Shown here: positions 9,430 to 17,316 of the stretch, piece after piece
Position numbering within the stretch: the stretch's first letter is position 1
Layout: each line of letters opens with the position of its first letter
From: a virus
Taxonomy: Duplodnaviria > Caudoviricetes
Length of the DNA: 64,000 nucleotides
Virus record (IMG/VR): IMGVR_UViG_3300036793_000060
Coordinates: 13,090 to 77,089 of that record
Direction: 5' to 3' (one strand)
Made by a program: the position numbers and the translations under genes
The notes under the pieces: model-generated
Told to the model about the DNA's origin: nothing
Seen by the model: only the letters and a program-made list of their open reading frames with translations
Database searches by the model: none

Positions 9430-9548
9430 CGGAATACCCGGATCCCGCGCTGCGCTTACAGGGCCGTCTCGTACCCTCCTGGCCGAGGGGCGGGGCGCGT
9501 GGCTCGCCCCCTCTCCGTCACGTGCTTCAGGGGAGGGGGCGGGAGCCG

Positions 9549-9574
9549 GGAATGAAAAGTACCGGCCAGGCGTT
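9549..9574 (+). promoter_or_regulatory. ECF-sigma-type promoter GGAAT-N18-GTT
   Basis: GGAAT gaaaagtaccggccaggc GTTAGAC. Confidence 0.75.
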
Positions 9575-9584
9575 AGACGGAGTA

Positions 9585-9678
9585 CAACAGCAGAACAGGG
9601 TCTCACCGCAAGGTAGGCGGGGGCAGTAAGGTTTCGACCTGAAGCCGCCGAGACGCGACTTGGCCCGTTCTGCTGCTG
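9585..9678 (+). ncRNA. Structured three-way-junction RNA (leader or sRNA) of unknown class
   Basis: Closing stem caacagcagaac/gttctgctgctg; inner gtctc/gagac; hairpin acc-GCAA-ggt; arm ggc-AGUA-aggu-UUCG-accu-GAA-gcc. Confidence 0.7.
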
Positions 9679-9719
9679 CAGAGGTAAGTGAGAGTCACTA
9701 CCAAGGAGAAGGCAAGGAA

Positions 9720-10973
9720 ATGGCACCACAGCTCATCGCCCGCAACGCGAGCGCGCAAGATCTGGTCGCCCTGCTCAACACGCAGAAGGCCGAGAAGCTC
9801 GACCTGGTCGTCCCGGCCGCCAACGTGTGGTCGAAGGACGGCAAGATCGTCGTCAAGAACGCCGAGCCGCAGATCACCGATGAGGGCGTCTCGACGGTCA
9901 ACGGCACCTACCGGCCGACCGAGGTCTTCGATGAGGGCCTGGCCAGCAAGCTGGAGATCCCGAGCAAGTACGTGCAGCGGCTTCGCGCCGACCGGCCCGA
10001 CCTGCTCGACGCCAACGTCAACGGCCTCCTTCACGGGCGGGCGCTGTTCGGCAAGGACGGCACGAGGACCGAGATATACCCGGCCGACACCCGAGCGTTC
10101 CTGCTCCGGCTGTTCCGGGGAGACGGCGGCGAGGGCGTTGCCCGCGCGATGCTGTCTGACCGGTACTCGCTCGGCATGGACAACCTGGACATGCTCACGG
10201 CGGTCATGAAGGGCGTGCAGGACGCGGGCGTGAACGTCATCACCCGCGTGTCCGACCTGTCCGAGCGCCGGATGCGGGTGCGGTTCGAGGCGCCCGACGT
10301 CTACACCCAGGCCCCTGGCCTGCTCGACGGCTACCGGTCCCCGTTCGACGGGGGCGGCGCGGTGCGCCGGGCCGGCAGCTTCAACGAGCTGCGCCAGCAG
10401 TACGGGCAGCACCACATCTTCAGCGAGAAGGACGCGCCGATCGCGTTCATCGGGTTCGACTTCACCAACTCCGAGACCGGCTCCGGGGCCTACACCCTGA
10501 CTCCCGTGATCGAGATGGTGCGGTGCACGAACGGCTGGGTGATGCGGAGGGAGGGCCTGCGCAAGGTCCACCTGGGATCCAAGCTGGAGGCCGGCAACGT
10601 CACCCCCAGCCTGGACACGCTCCGCAAGGCCGGCACGCTGGTCGCGGCCGAGACACGGGACGCGATCAAGCAGTGGCTGACCCAGGGGTACCTGGAGCAG
10701 CTGATCGCCAGCCTGACCGAGAAGGCGGCCACCCCGATCGCCAGCCCCGCGAACACGGTTCCGGCGGTCACCAAGAGCCTCGGCTTCACCTCCGAGGAGC
10801 AGGACGGCATCCTGGACCTGTTCATCAAGTCCGGCCAGCCCACCGCTGGCGGCGTCGCCCAGGCAATCAGCGCCTACGCCCAGATCGTCGAGGACCCCGA
10901 CCGGGCCTACGACATCGAGCTGAAGGCAGTCGACGGCCTCGATGAGGCCGCGCGGATCGGTGCCCGCGCCTAA
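9720..10973 (+). CDS. DUF932/DUF945-like phage protein
   Basis: RAMLSDRY..MDNLD, FDFTNSETGSGA, RCTNGWV, HLG pattern. RBS AAGGA before ATG 9720. Confidence 0.75.
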   Translation: MAPQLIARNASAQDLVALLNTQKAEKLDLVVPAANVWSKDGKIVVKNAEPQITDEGVSTVNGTYRPTEVFDEGLASKLEIPSKYVQRLRADRPDLLDANVNGLLHGRALFGKDGTRTEIYPADTRAFLLRLFRGDGGEGVARAMLSDRYSLGMDNLDMLTAVMKGVQDAGVNVITRVSDLSERRMRVRFEAPDVYTQAPGLLDGYRSPFDGGGAVRRAGSFNELRQQYGQHHIFSEKDAPIAFIGFDFTNSETGSGAYTLTPVIEMVRCTNGWVMRREGLRKVHLGSKLEAGNVTPSLDTLRKAGTLVAAETRDAIKQWLTQGYLEQLIASLTEKAATPIASPANTVPAVTKSLGFTSEEQDGILDLFIKSGQPTAGGVAQAISAYAQIVEDPDRAYDIELKAVDGLDEAARIGARA

Positions 10974-10990
10974 GCGCACCGCCAATGAGC

Positions 10991-11032
10991 GCAGCCCGTT
11001 CGGGATTCCCCCCTCCCGAGCGGGCTGCTTTC
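10991..11032 (+). terminator. Intrinsic terminator
   Basis: gcagcccgttcggga / tcccgagcgggctgc stem followed by TTT. Confidence 0.75.
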
Positions 11033-11039
11033 CATCTCG

Positions 11040-11065
11040 GGAACAAGAAGTACCGGCCAGCCGTT
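11040..11065 (+). promoter_or_regulatory. ECF-sigma-type promoter GGAAC-N18-GTT
   Basis: GGAAC aagaagtaccggccagcc GTTATAC, nearly identical to the 9549 site. Confidence 0.75.
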
Positions 11066-11102
11066 ATACTGGCTGAGGGACCGAGAGACGGCCCCGAGGG
11101 AG

Positions 11103-11579
11103 ATGGCTATGAGCAGGCAGTTCGACAAGATCGAGGTCGACGCCGAGTACCGGAGCACCGCGCGCACCAGCCCGGAGTTCACGCTCCGCAGGCACCGGTC
11201 CTTCGGGGGCGTGTACGACGCGCCCGAGGTCGGCCTCGGCACCCTGGACGACCTGAGGGCGCTGGACGAGAAGATCGCGTACGTCCTGCGGCCGACGGCC
11301 GAGCAGGTCTACGAGTCGACCCTGGACAACCTGTTCGACGGGGAGTCCGAGGGCGACGTGGAGGCGCCGACGGGCTGGTTCGCCCTGGTGAACTGGCCGA
11401 ACGGCTGCACGTACGTGGTCACGCATGATCACCTGGGGTTCTCGCACATGCGCGCGAGCGATGACCCGCAGCGCAACACGATCAGCACGGCGCCGACAAA
11501 GGCGCAGCTGACCAAGGTGTACCAGGGCCTGTGCGATGAGTTCAGCGCGTGGGCCGACCTTCCCGAGGAGGAAGTGTGA
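11103..11579 (+). CDS. Hypothetical protein
   Basis: RBS GAGGGAG; coding bias. Confidence 0.75.
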   Translation: MAMSRQFDKIEVDAEYRSTARTSPEFTLRRHRSFGGVYDAPEVGLGTLDDLRALDEKIAYVLRPTAEQVYESTLDNLFDGESEGDVEAPTGWFALVNWPNGCTYVVTHDHLGFSHMRASDDPQRNTISTAPTKAQLTKVYQGLCDEFSAWADLPEEEV

Positions 11580-11839
11580 CCAGGACAGAGGGAACAGGGG
11601 ACGCGGACCAGGAGCGCCGGGCCATGATCGAGGCCGGTGAGCCGGCCAGCGACCTGGACCACGCGAGGGCCCTTGGCCAGCAGACGTGGGACACCGGCCA
11701 GCTGGCCAGTGACTTCGACGTCCTGCAGTTCGCGGCGCCGTTCGTGATCGCCCGGCGCAAGCTGGACGGCAAGGTGGGGAGCCTGGAGTTCACCCACCAC
11801 CCGCGCGTTTACTTCGGATGGCGGGAGCACCAGGAGTGA
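11576..11839 (+). CDS. Conserved small phage protein (WDT..L..DFDVL.FAAPFV..RRK.DG..GSLEF.H.PR.YF)
   Basis: GTGA overlap; recognisable conserved pattern of unknown function. Confidence 0.75.
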   Translation: MTRTEGTGDADQERRAMIEAGEPASDLDHARALGQQTWDTGQLASDFDVLQFAAPFVIARRKLDGKVGSLEFTHHPRVYFGWREHQE

Positions 11840-12246
11840 ACAGGGACAAGGCGATAACGCTGATCAACGGGACGACCTTCAAGCCGGGCTGGCGGTTCAC
11901 CGCCGGCCCAGGCGACACGTACACCGAGGTCGAGGTGACATATCACGTCGACACGATGGACACGTCGCTGCCGGACGCGATGGGCCGCTACGAGGTGCCC
12001 AAGCTGCTGGAGTCGGAGGTCACCTTCGACGTCAGCCGCCTGGCCGAGGGCGAAGTCCTCTACCGGCTGCTGCTCATGGCGGCAGAGCTGGACTCCCACG
12101 AGAATCGCGAGTTCCTGCGGGTCCGCGACGAGAACGGCAACTGGATGGCCCCCTTCCACCCCCACACGGGGATCGGGGAGGCGTCCTTCGAGGCGGCTAA
12201 GGAGCTGGCAGCCCGCGAGGAATACGCGCGGCTGGCACGTCGTTGA
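11836..12246 (+). CDS. Hypothetical protein
   Basis: GTGA overlap; coding bias. Confidence 0.7.
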   Translation: MNRDKAITLINGTTFKPGWRFTAGPGDTYTEVEVTYHVDTMDTSLPDAMGRYEVPKLLESEVTFDVSRLAEGEVLYRLLLMAAELDSHENREFLRVRDENGNWMAPFHPHTGIGEASFEAAKELAAREEYARLARR

Positions 12247-12287
12247 CATTGGCGCAGGGCCAGGGCGGCACTGCGAGGGAGAAGATC

Positions 12288-12761
12288 ATGAGGTTTCAGC
12301 TTCACGGCCACAAGGGCGGCCTGCCCGTCGAGGTGGAGTCCGGCCGGCTGGCAAGCGCAATCATTGAGTTCCAGCTGGAGCACAACCAGCGAGTCACCAG
12401 CGCATGGGCGCTCAGCGATCAGCGCAGGCAGTGGGAGTCCGCAGACGGCCTCCTGGAGGAGTTCCGCCAGTTCGACGGGAGCGTGAACGGCGGGCAGATC
12501 TTCGTCGAGCCGAACACGCCCGGCAACGGGCACCCTGTGCTGGCTGACTGGGTGGCCTGGTGGAAGGGCGACATCGCCGGCTACATCATCGACGCCCGCA
12601 ACTGGGAGAGGCCCGCCAGCTACGACTCCCCCGAGAGCGAGGACGAGACCCCGTTCGAGGCGTGGGACACGGGCCGTGGCCCGGACGCGTTCCTCGGCGA
12701 GTACCACTCGGTGCGCGGCGCGGCGACCGTGGTCGTCGCCCGGAGGATCCGCAGGGCGTAG
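12288..12761 (+). CDS. Hypothetical protein
   Basis: RBS GAGGGAG before ATG 12288; coding bias. Confidence 0.7.
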   Translation: MRFQLHGHKGGLPVEVESGRLASAIIEFQLEHNQRVTSAWALSDQRRQWESADGLLEEFRQFDGSVNGGQIFVEPNTPGNGHPVLADWVAWWKGDIAGYIIDARNWERPASYDSPESEDETPFEAWDTGRGPDAFLGEYHSVRGAATVVVARRIRRA

Positions 12762-12770
12762 GGCACCCTG

Positions 12771-12806
12771 AGCAGGCCGGGGAATAACCCCCGGCCTGCT
12801 GGTGTT
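12771..12806 (+). promoter_or_regulatory. ECF-type promoter GGAAT-N18-GTT (12781-12806) inside a perfect 12-bp inverted repeat (12771-12800)
   Basis: agcaggccgggg aataac ccccggcctgct, followed by ggtGTTATAC. Confidence 0.75.
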
Positions 12807-12851
12807 ATACGAGCTGAACCGGTCAGGGAGACCGGAGAGGGAGACCGGGCA

Positions 12852-13034
12852 ATGAACGACGACTACGACCTGACAGGCGCACTGATCGGACTCGATGAGG
12901 GCACGCTGGACGAGGACGCGGAGATCGCGCTTTTCCAGTACCTGATCGACAGCGGCCTGGCGTGGAAGCTCCAGGGCCGGATCGGTCGCCAGGCGGCGGA
13001 CATGATCGAGGCCGGGCTGGTGGCAGTCCGATGA
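12852..13034 (+). CDS. Conserved 60-aa phage protein (LFQYLIDSGLAWKLQGRIGR)
   Basis: Recognisable widespread phage pattern (G.AW.LQG.YGR). Confidence 0.8.
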   Translation: MNDDYDLTGALIGLDEGTLDEDAEIALFQYLIDSGLAWKLQGRIGRQAADMIEAGLVAVR

Positions 13035-13285
13035 GCGTGCGGAACTTCTGGATCGAGACGCAGGTAGACGGCCACGGCGGGATCCCCGCCACTGGCCCCA
13101 AGGCAGCCGACGGCGGGTTCACGTCCAAGTTCTGGATCCGCAAGGGCGGCGAGCATGCGGCAGTCCTCCGGCTGGAGGGCATGACCACGCACAACGGAGA
13201 CGTTGAGCTGTACGTGATCCCGTCCGAGGGCACTGAGATCGAGCGCCTGGACCACGGCGGGTTCGTGATCCGCAGCAAGCGCTAG
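13031..13285 (+). CDS. Small phage protein (RNFWIETQVDG...GPKAADGG)
   Basis: ATGA overlap; coding bias. Confidence 0.75.
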   Translation: MSVRNFWIETQVDGHGGIPATGPKAADGGFTSKFWIRKGGEHAAVLRLEGMTTHNGDVELYVIPSEGTEIERLDHGGFVIRSKR

Positions 13286-13396
13286 ACAACTGAGCAGCAG
13301 TGCCTCGCAACGAGCGACAGCCAGCCGACGCGAGAGGCGCGGATGAAGGGGGTAGGGGCCTGATCAGCCCCGGATCCTGGATCGCGGCGCCGGCAA

Positions 13397-13505
13397 GGGC
13401 GTGCAACTGCGCCGCTGACGTGCTGTAGACCCCAGTACGTTGGCGGCCAGGGACAGGAACCCGCGTGGTCAGCGGGGGCTGGTTCAATTCCAGCCGCGCC
13501 CACCA
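13397..13505 (+). ncRNA. tRNA-like RNA: acceptor stem, T-arm and ACCA, no D-arm, long central helix
   Basis: GGGCGTG/CGCGCCC 7-bp acceptor stem; GCTGG-TTCAATT-CCAGC T-arm; A-CCA end at 13502-13505; 15-bp helix 13411-13447. Confidence 0.7.
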
Positions 13506-13544
13506 GCCCCGCAGGGAGCGGGGTGCAGGTGATCGGAGAAGATC

Positions 13545-14006
13545 ATGGCGGTTGACAAGAGGGACATCGAGCACAGGCTCACGCAGCAGGTGCACGCCAG
13601 GAACATCAGGGCGTGGCGCCGGGCGCTGTGGGCCAGCTGGATGGGCGACGGGTACGAGGTCACCCCGTTCGGCGGCGAGTCCCTGGTCCTGAAGCCAGCG
13701 GAGGCCTACGCGCTCCTGGCAGGCATCGAGAGCGCGGTCGCGGCCGAGAAGTCGCGGCAGGATGCCGAGGCCAGGGCCAGGGCCGAGCTTGACGCCGAGC
13801 AGGCGGGCAAGCGCGCGGCCGAGGCCGACGCTGAGAACCTTGCCGTCGAGACGACAGGGTGCCCTACCTGCAAGGCCGAGCCTGGCCAGCGGTGCACCCG
13901 CGAGCAGGCCGACCCGACCCCGTACGCGGCTCACCCGCACGCTCCCCGGCTGGCAGAGGCCGGGGTCAGGGTCAGGCAGGCCAGGGAGGAAGTGTTCGGA
14001 CGATGA
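13545..14006 (+). CDS. Hypothetical protein with a CPxCxAxPGxRC zinc finger
   Basis: RBS GGAG; CPTCKAEPGQRC...H..R. Confidence 0.75.
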   Translation: MAVDKRDIEHRLTQQVHARNIRAWRRALWASWMGDGYEVTPFGGESLVLKPAEAYALLAGIESAVAAEKSRQDAEARARAELDAEQAGKRAAEADAENLAVETTGCPTCKAEPGQRCTREQADPTPYAAHPHAPRLAEAGVRVRQAREEVFGR

Positions 14007-14404
14007 TCACCAGGAGCGAGGCCAGGGCGGACGCGCTGAAGCTGGAGTGCCCGTTCTGCCAGGCGAAGCCCGGCAGCAGGTGCCGCCAGCTCACGTCGCA
14101 CCTGGCCGGGCAGATGTGGTCGGACAAGCCGGCCCGCGACGCGCACGTGCAGCGAATGATGCTCGTGCCCGAGTGGGCGGCCCGAGAGAACGAGAGGAAG
14201 CACGCTGATGTGGCACCAGTGGGATCTTCGGCTAGCAGGTTACGCAGCGCTGGCGATGGTGGTCCTGTGGGGCATCGCGTTCGGCGTGCTGTACGCAGTC
14301 GATGCGGCGGCAACGGTGTCCGTCTGGCCGGTTTTCCCGGCAGGCTGGCTCGTGACGTCCGTGGCATCCTATGTTCGCCTGAGGTGGCGATGAGTGATGT
14401 GTGA
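14003..14404 (+). CDS. Second CPxCxAxPGxRC zinc-finger protein; the frame runs through the next gene
   Basis: ATGA overlap; CPFCQAKPGSRC...H..R. The C-terminal half looks like an alternative-frame read of 14208-14393. Confidence 0.55.
   Translation: MITRSEARADALKLECPFCQAKPGSRCRQLTSHLAGQMWSDKPARDAHVQRMMLVPEWAARENERKHADVAPVGSSASRLRSAGDGGPVGHRVRRAVRSRCGGNGVRLAGFPGRLARDVRGILCSPEVAMSDV
14208..14393 (+). CDS. Small two-TM membrane protein
   Basis: Two hydrophobic segments. Confidence 0.6.
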   Translation: MWHQWDLRLAGYAALAMVVLWGIAFGVLYAVDAAATVSVWPVFPAGWLVTSVASYVRLRWR

Positions 14405-14633
14405 AGACCAGGACCGCAGGATCGCGGACAGCGCGCTGTTCCTGCAGACTAGCTGGTACCTGCCGATGGAGGCCGAGCAGCGGACACACGAGGTGACGTT
14501 GCTGCTCCGCGACTGGTACGGCAGCGGCAAGCCGGGCACGATCACGGCGTTCGCGCAGGACCGCCAGCCCAGCGGCGAGGACTGGAAGACAGCCCCGTGC
14601 CGCGTGCAGCGATTGTTCTTCGAGCCGGAGTAA
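14394..14633 (+). CDS. Hypothetical protein
   Basis: Abuts the previous stop; RBS GAGGTGG. Confidence 0.6.
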   Translation: MMCEDQDRRIADSALFLQTSWYLPMEAEQRTHEVTLLLRDWYGSGKPGTITAFAQDRQPSGEDWKTAPCRVQRLFFEPE

Positions 14634-14652
14634 CCGCAGCTCGGGAAAGCAT

Positions 14653-14689
14653 GAAGCCCCCAGGGAGTGCTGATCCTCCTGGGGGCTTC
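14653..14689. terminator. Hairpin at the convergence of the two transcription directions
   Basis: gaagcccccagg...cctgggggcttc inverted repeat. Confidence 0.7.
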
Positions 14690-14722
14690 CTGCTGTCGAC
14701 AGTTCCCCAACTATGACGGCAG

Positions 14723-14983
14723 CTACACTACCGGCCTGCAGCCTGTCATCGGGTCCGCGCCCGGATCCGGGCCGGGAGCCTCCGGCGGCTCGGCCTTCGC
14801 CTTCTCCCTGGCGAACCGCCAGGTGCCGCGCGGGTCGAGCAGGTCAATCACGTGGTCCACGGAGACGTCCGCAGAGCCGCCACGGGACCTTCCCATGGAC
14901 TGGTAGCCCTCCAGCCGGCTGCGGACCCTCAGCAGTGTCTCCTCGGCGCTCTCGCCGCCGCTCCTGCGCCGTCCCAGCGGCAT
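14723..14983 (-). CDS. Hypothetical 86-aa protein, last gene of the late operon
   Basis: ATG 14983 just after the endolysin stop, with RBS GGAG; start re-chosen. Confidence 0.6.
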   Translation of the reverse strand: MPLGRRRSGGESAEETLLRVRSRLEGYQSMGRSRGGSADVSVDHVIDLLDPRGTWRFAREKAKAEPPEAPGPDPGADPMTGCRPVV

Positions 14984-14985
14984 GG

Positions 14986-15579
14986 CTACCCGCGCTCCTT
15001 GACGTACGTCCCCAGGGTCGCCAGCGCCGCGTCCGCCGCCGCCGCCGTGACGGCCGGCGGCTTGACGATCGCCGGGGCCTGGGGCAGCCAGATGTTCGGG
15101 TTGTAGATCAGCGACTCGTCCCAGTTGCCGCCGGTCTGCTTGGCGCCCTTCCACTGGCAGGCCACGATGCCGTCCCCGCCCTGGTGGGGGTACTCCTTGC
15201 CGCTGAGCGTGGCGATCCAGAGGCCGTAGTGCTTGCCCCTCACCAGGCCTCGCGCGCTGCACGCGGTGACCACGGCGTCTAGCGTCGACCCGTTGCAGTA
15301 GATGACGGGCAGGCCCGTGTGCAGGACATGCCAGCTCTCCACCCACAGGGCCGCCTTGGCGGGCGTGGCGTCGCCTGTCTCGACGTCGATGATCCCCGCG
15401 ATGTTGGCGTTGTCCCCCGTGACGTCGATGCGCCCCAGCCCGTACCTGGTCGGCGAGAACCTCGCGTGCACCGCGTCCAGCGACACCGCGTACAGCCCGT
15501 TGCAGTAAGTGAACGCGACCTGCACCGACGTCGGTATGTCGGCCAGGGTGATGCTGTCTCCGCCGGTCCTGACTGCCAT
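14986..15579 (-). CDS. Endolysin, GH25-like muramidase
   Basis: IDVETGD (DxE), PVIYC, LWIA and ACQW patterns; follows the tail genes. Confidence 0.7.
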   Translation of the reverse strand: MAVRTGGDSITLADIPTSVQVAFTYCNGLYAVSLDAVHARFSPTRYGLGRIDVTGDNANIAGIIDVETGDATPAKAALWVESWHVLHTGLPVIYCNGSTLDAVVTACSARGLVRGKHYGLWIATLSGKEYPHQGGDGIVACQWKGAKQTGGNWDESLIYNPNIWLPQAPAIVKPPAVTAAAADAALATLGTYVKERG

Positions 15580-15618
15580 GCTCGTCTCCTTCTGCCTGCC
15601 CCTGCGGCCAGGCTACCG

Positions 15619-17316
15619 TCACGAGTCCAGCGGGTAGCGGGACTGGAAGGACATCGCGGCCCCCACAGTCAGCGCGCCGTACACCTTGATGGTTCCCGAC
15701 CCGTCCACCTGGGCATAGTGCGAGACCCCCGTGAACGGGCTGGCACCTGTCTCCACGACGATGAGCGGCTCTGTCCGCGCGGGGAAGTACCCGGATGGCA
15801 CTGCCCCGAGCGTGGCCGGGTTCGCCGGGGCGACTGACGTGGTCACCCTGCCCCTGATCGCCACGGTGTTGTCCGGCATCAGGCAGACTGAGAGTTCCTC
15901 GCCCGAGACGTTGGTGAAGTTGCCCGTGTTAATCGAGCAGTTGGTGAACGAGTCCGTGGTGATGACCGTCGGCCTGGTCAGGGTGCCATCCGAGGACGTG
16001 ACGTTCCCGCGCATCTGGTTGGTCAGCGACGTGATTGACCCGCCCGACGTGCCCACCTGGTAGGACATGGCGCTGATGCTCGACGACCAGCCTGACTGGC
16101 TGGTGTTCGCCCAGACGTTGACGGCCAGCAGGTCGTTCTGCACCGCGAAGTACGTGGCGCCGATGTTCGCGTAGGTGGTGAACCCGGACAGGGCCTCGTT
16201 CCCGAAGGGGTCGGTCACGGACGCCAGCCCTGGCACGACCGACGCCGAGAGGCTGTTCACGCCTGGTACGCCGTTGTAGTAGAACGCTCCCTGAGAGTTA
16301 GTGATCCAGTCAATGCCGAAGATCGTCGGGCTGAACAGGCTGGCGCCCTGGAGCACGGGCACGGACACCACCATGGTGACCGAGCCGCCCGCTATCGTCG
16401 ACACGCGGAAGTACGCGCCAGTCGCGCCGGCCGGGACGGTCACCACGCCTGACACGGTGTACGTGCCCGCGCCGCCGGCGGCCAGGGACATGTACACCGC
16501 GCCGCCGTCGGTCTGCAGCGTCACGTAGATCGTGCACGCGATGTTGACCTGCACCGTCGCGCTGACGTAGTACTGCTCGCCCGGTGACACCCACACGGGC
16601 GGGGTGGCCGACGAGAGCAGCACGAGCTGCGCGCCGCCGGAGGAAGGCTCGCACGTCGCAGTACCGCCGCCGAACGCCCACGTCCCGGTGTTCTGCGCGT
16701 CAGCAGCCCGGCTGGCGTTCAGTGCGGCCTGCGTGAACTGCGGATCCGGGATCATGTTCAGGCCGAAGCTGTTGGCCGCGACGTGCTGGGCGCCGACAGC
16801 CTGCGTGAGCGCGCTTGAGTAGAGGCCCGGCCCGCTGGTGGTGCCTGTCTCGTTGACGGCCACCAGGCAGCAGTAATAGGTCGCCTGGGCCGTCAGCCCG
16901 GTCACGTTGATGCTCCCCGACGACGGCATCACGCCGACCAGCGTGGCCGAGCCGGGGGTGAACCCAGGCGTCATCGAGACGTGCACCTGGACCATGGCGA
17001 AGTCGGAAAGAGGGGTCGACCCGTCCTGCATGTTGCCGTCCCAGGTGATCATCAGCCCGAGGGACGTGGCGACGAGGAGCGGGATGCTGGGAGGGAGCGG
17101 GGTGCTGGCGGGGTCGCTCGATACCGACGTGTACGTGCCGTCCGGCTGGAGTCCCAGTGACAGCACCTGGTTGCCGCTGCCGTCGTTGATGACCAGCGCG
17201 CCGTTCTCGATGGCGGCGTTGCCGATGTTGTTGACCCGCTGGTTGCGCTCCAGCTGCGCGATCTTCGCCTGCATGGACGCGATCTCCTGGAGCAGCCCTC
17301 CGAGGCTGGCCGTCAC
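15619..17316 (-). CDS. Tail fibre / receptor-binding protein (FnIII-like and carbohydrate-binding-like regions)
   Basis: N-terminal coil IAQLERNQR; YYCCLVAVNETG..SG FnIII-like segment; GTGA overlap at 17316. Confidence 0.7.
   Translation of the reverse strand: MTASLGGLLQEIASMQAKIAQLERNQRVNNIGNAAIENGALVINDGSGNQVLSLGLQPDGTYTSVSSDPASTPLPPSIPLLVATSLGLMITWDGNMQDGSTPLSDFAMVQVHVSMTPGFTPGSATLVGVMPSSGSINVTGLTAQATYYCCLVAVNETGTTSGPGLYSSALTQAVGAQHVAANSFGLNMIPDPQFTQAALNASRAADAQNTGTWAFGGGTATCEPSSGGAQLVLLSSATPPVWVSPGEQYYVSATVQVNIACTIYVTLQTDGGAVYMSLAAGGAGTYTVSGVVTVPAGATGAYFRVSTIAGGSVTMVVSVPVLQGASLFSPTIFGIDWITNSQGAFYYNGVPGVNSLSASVVPGLASVTDPFGNEALSGFTTYANIGATYFAVQNDLLAVNVWANTSQSGWSSSISAMSYQVGTSGGSITSLTNQMRGNVTSSDGTLTRPTVITTDSFTNCSINTGNFTNVSGEELSVCLMPDNTVAIRGRVTTSVAPANPATLGAVPSGYFPARTEPLIVVETGASPFTGVSHYAQVDGSGTIKVYGALTVGAAMSFQSRYPLDS

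Noticed and set aside
9600-9660. Hammerhead ribozyme
   Set aside because: The core CUGANGA is absent (sequence is CUGAAGC) and there is no GAAA/UH cleavage arrangement.
13397-13505. Canonical tRNA-Tyr(GUA) or tRNA-Leu call
   Set aside because: CUGUAGA is not closed by a 5-bp anticodon stem, there is no D-arm, and the length is 109 nt. It is kept as tRNA-like only.
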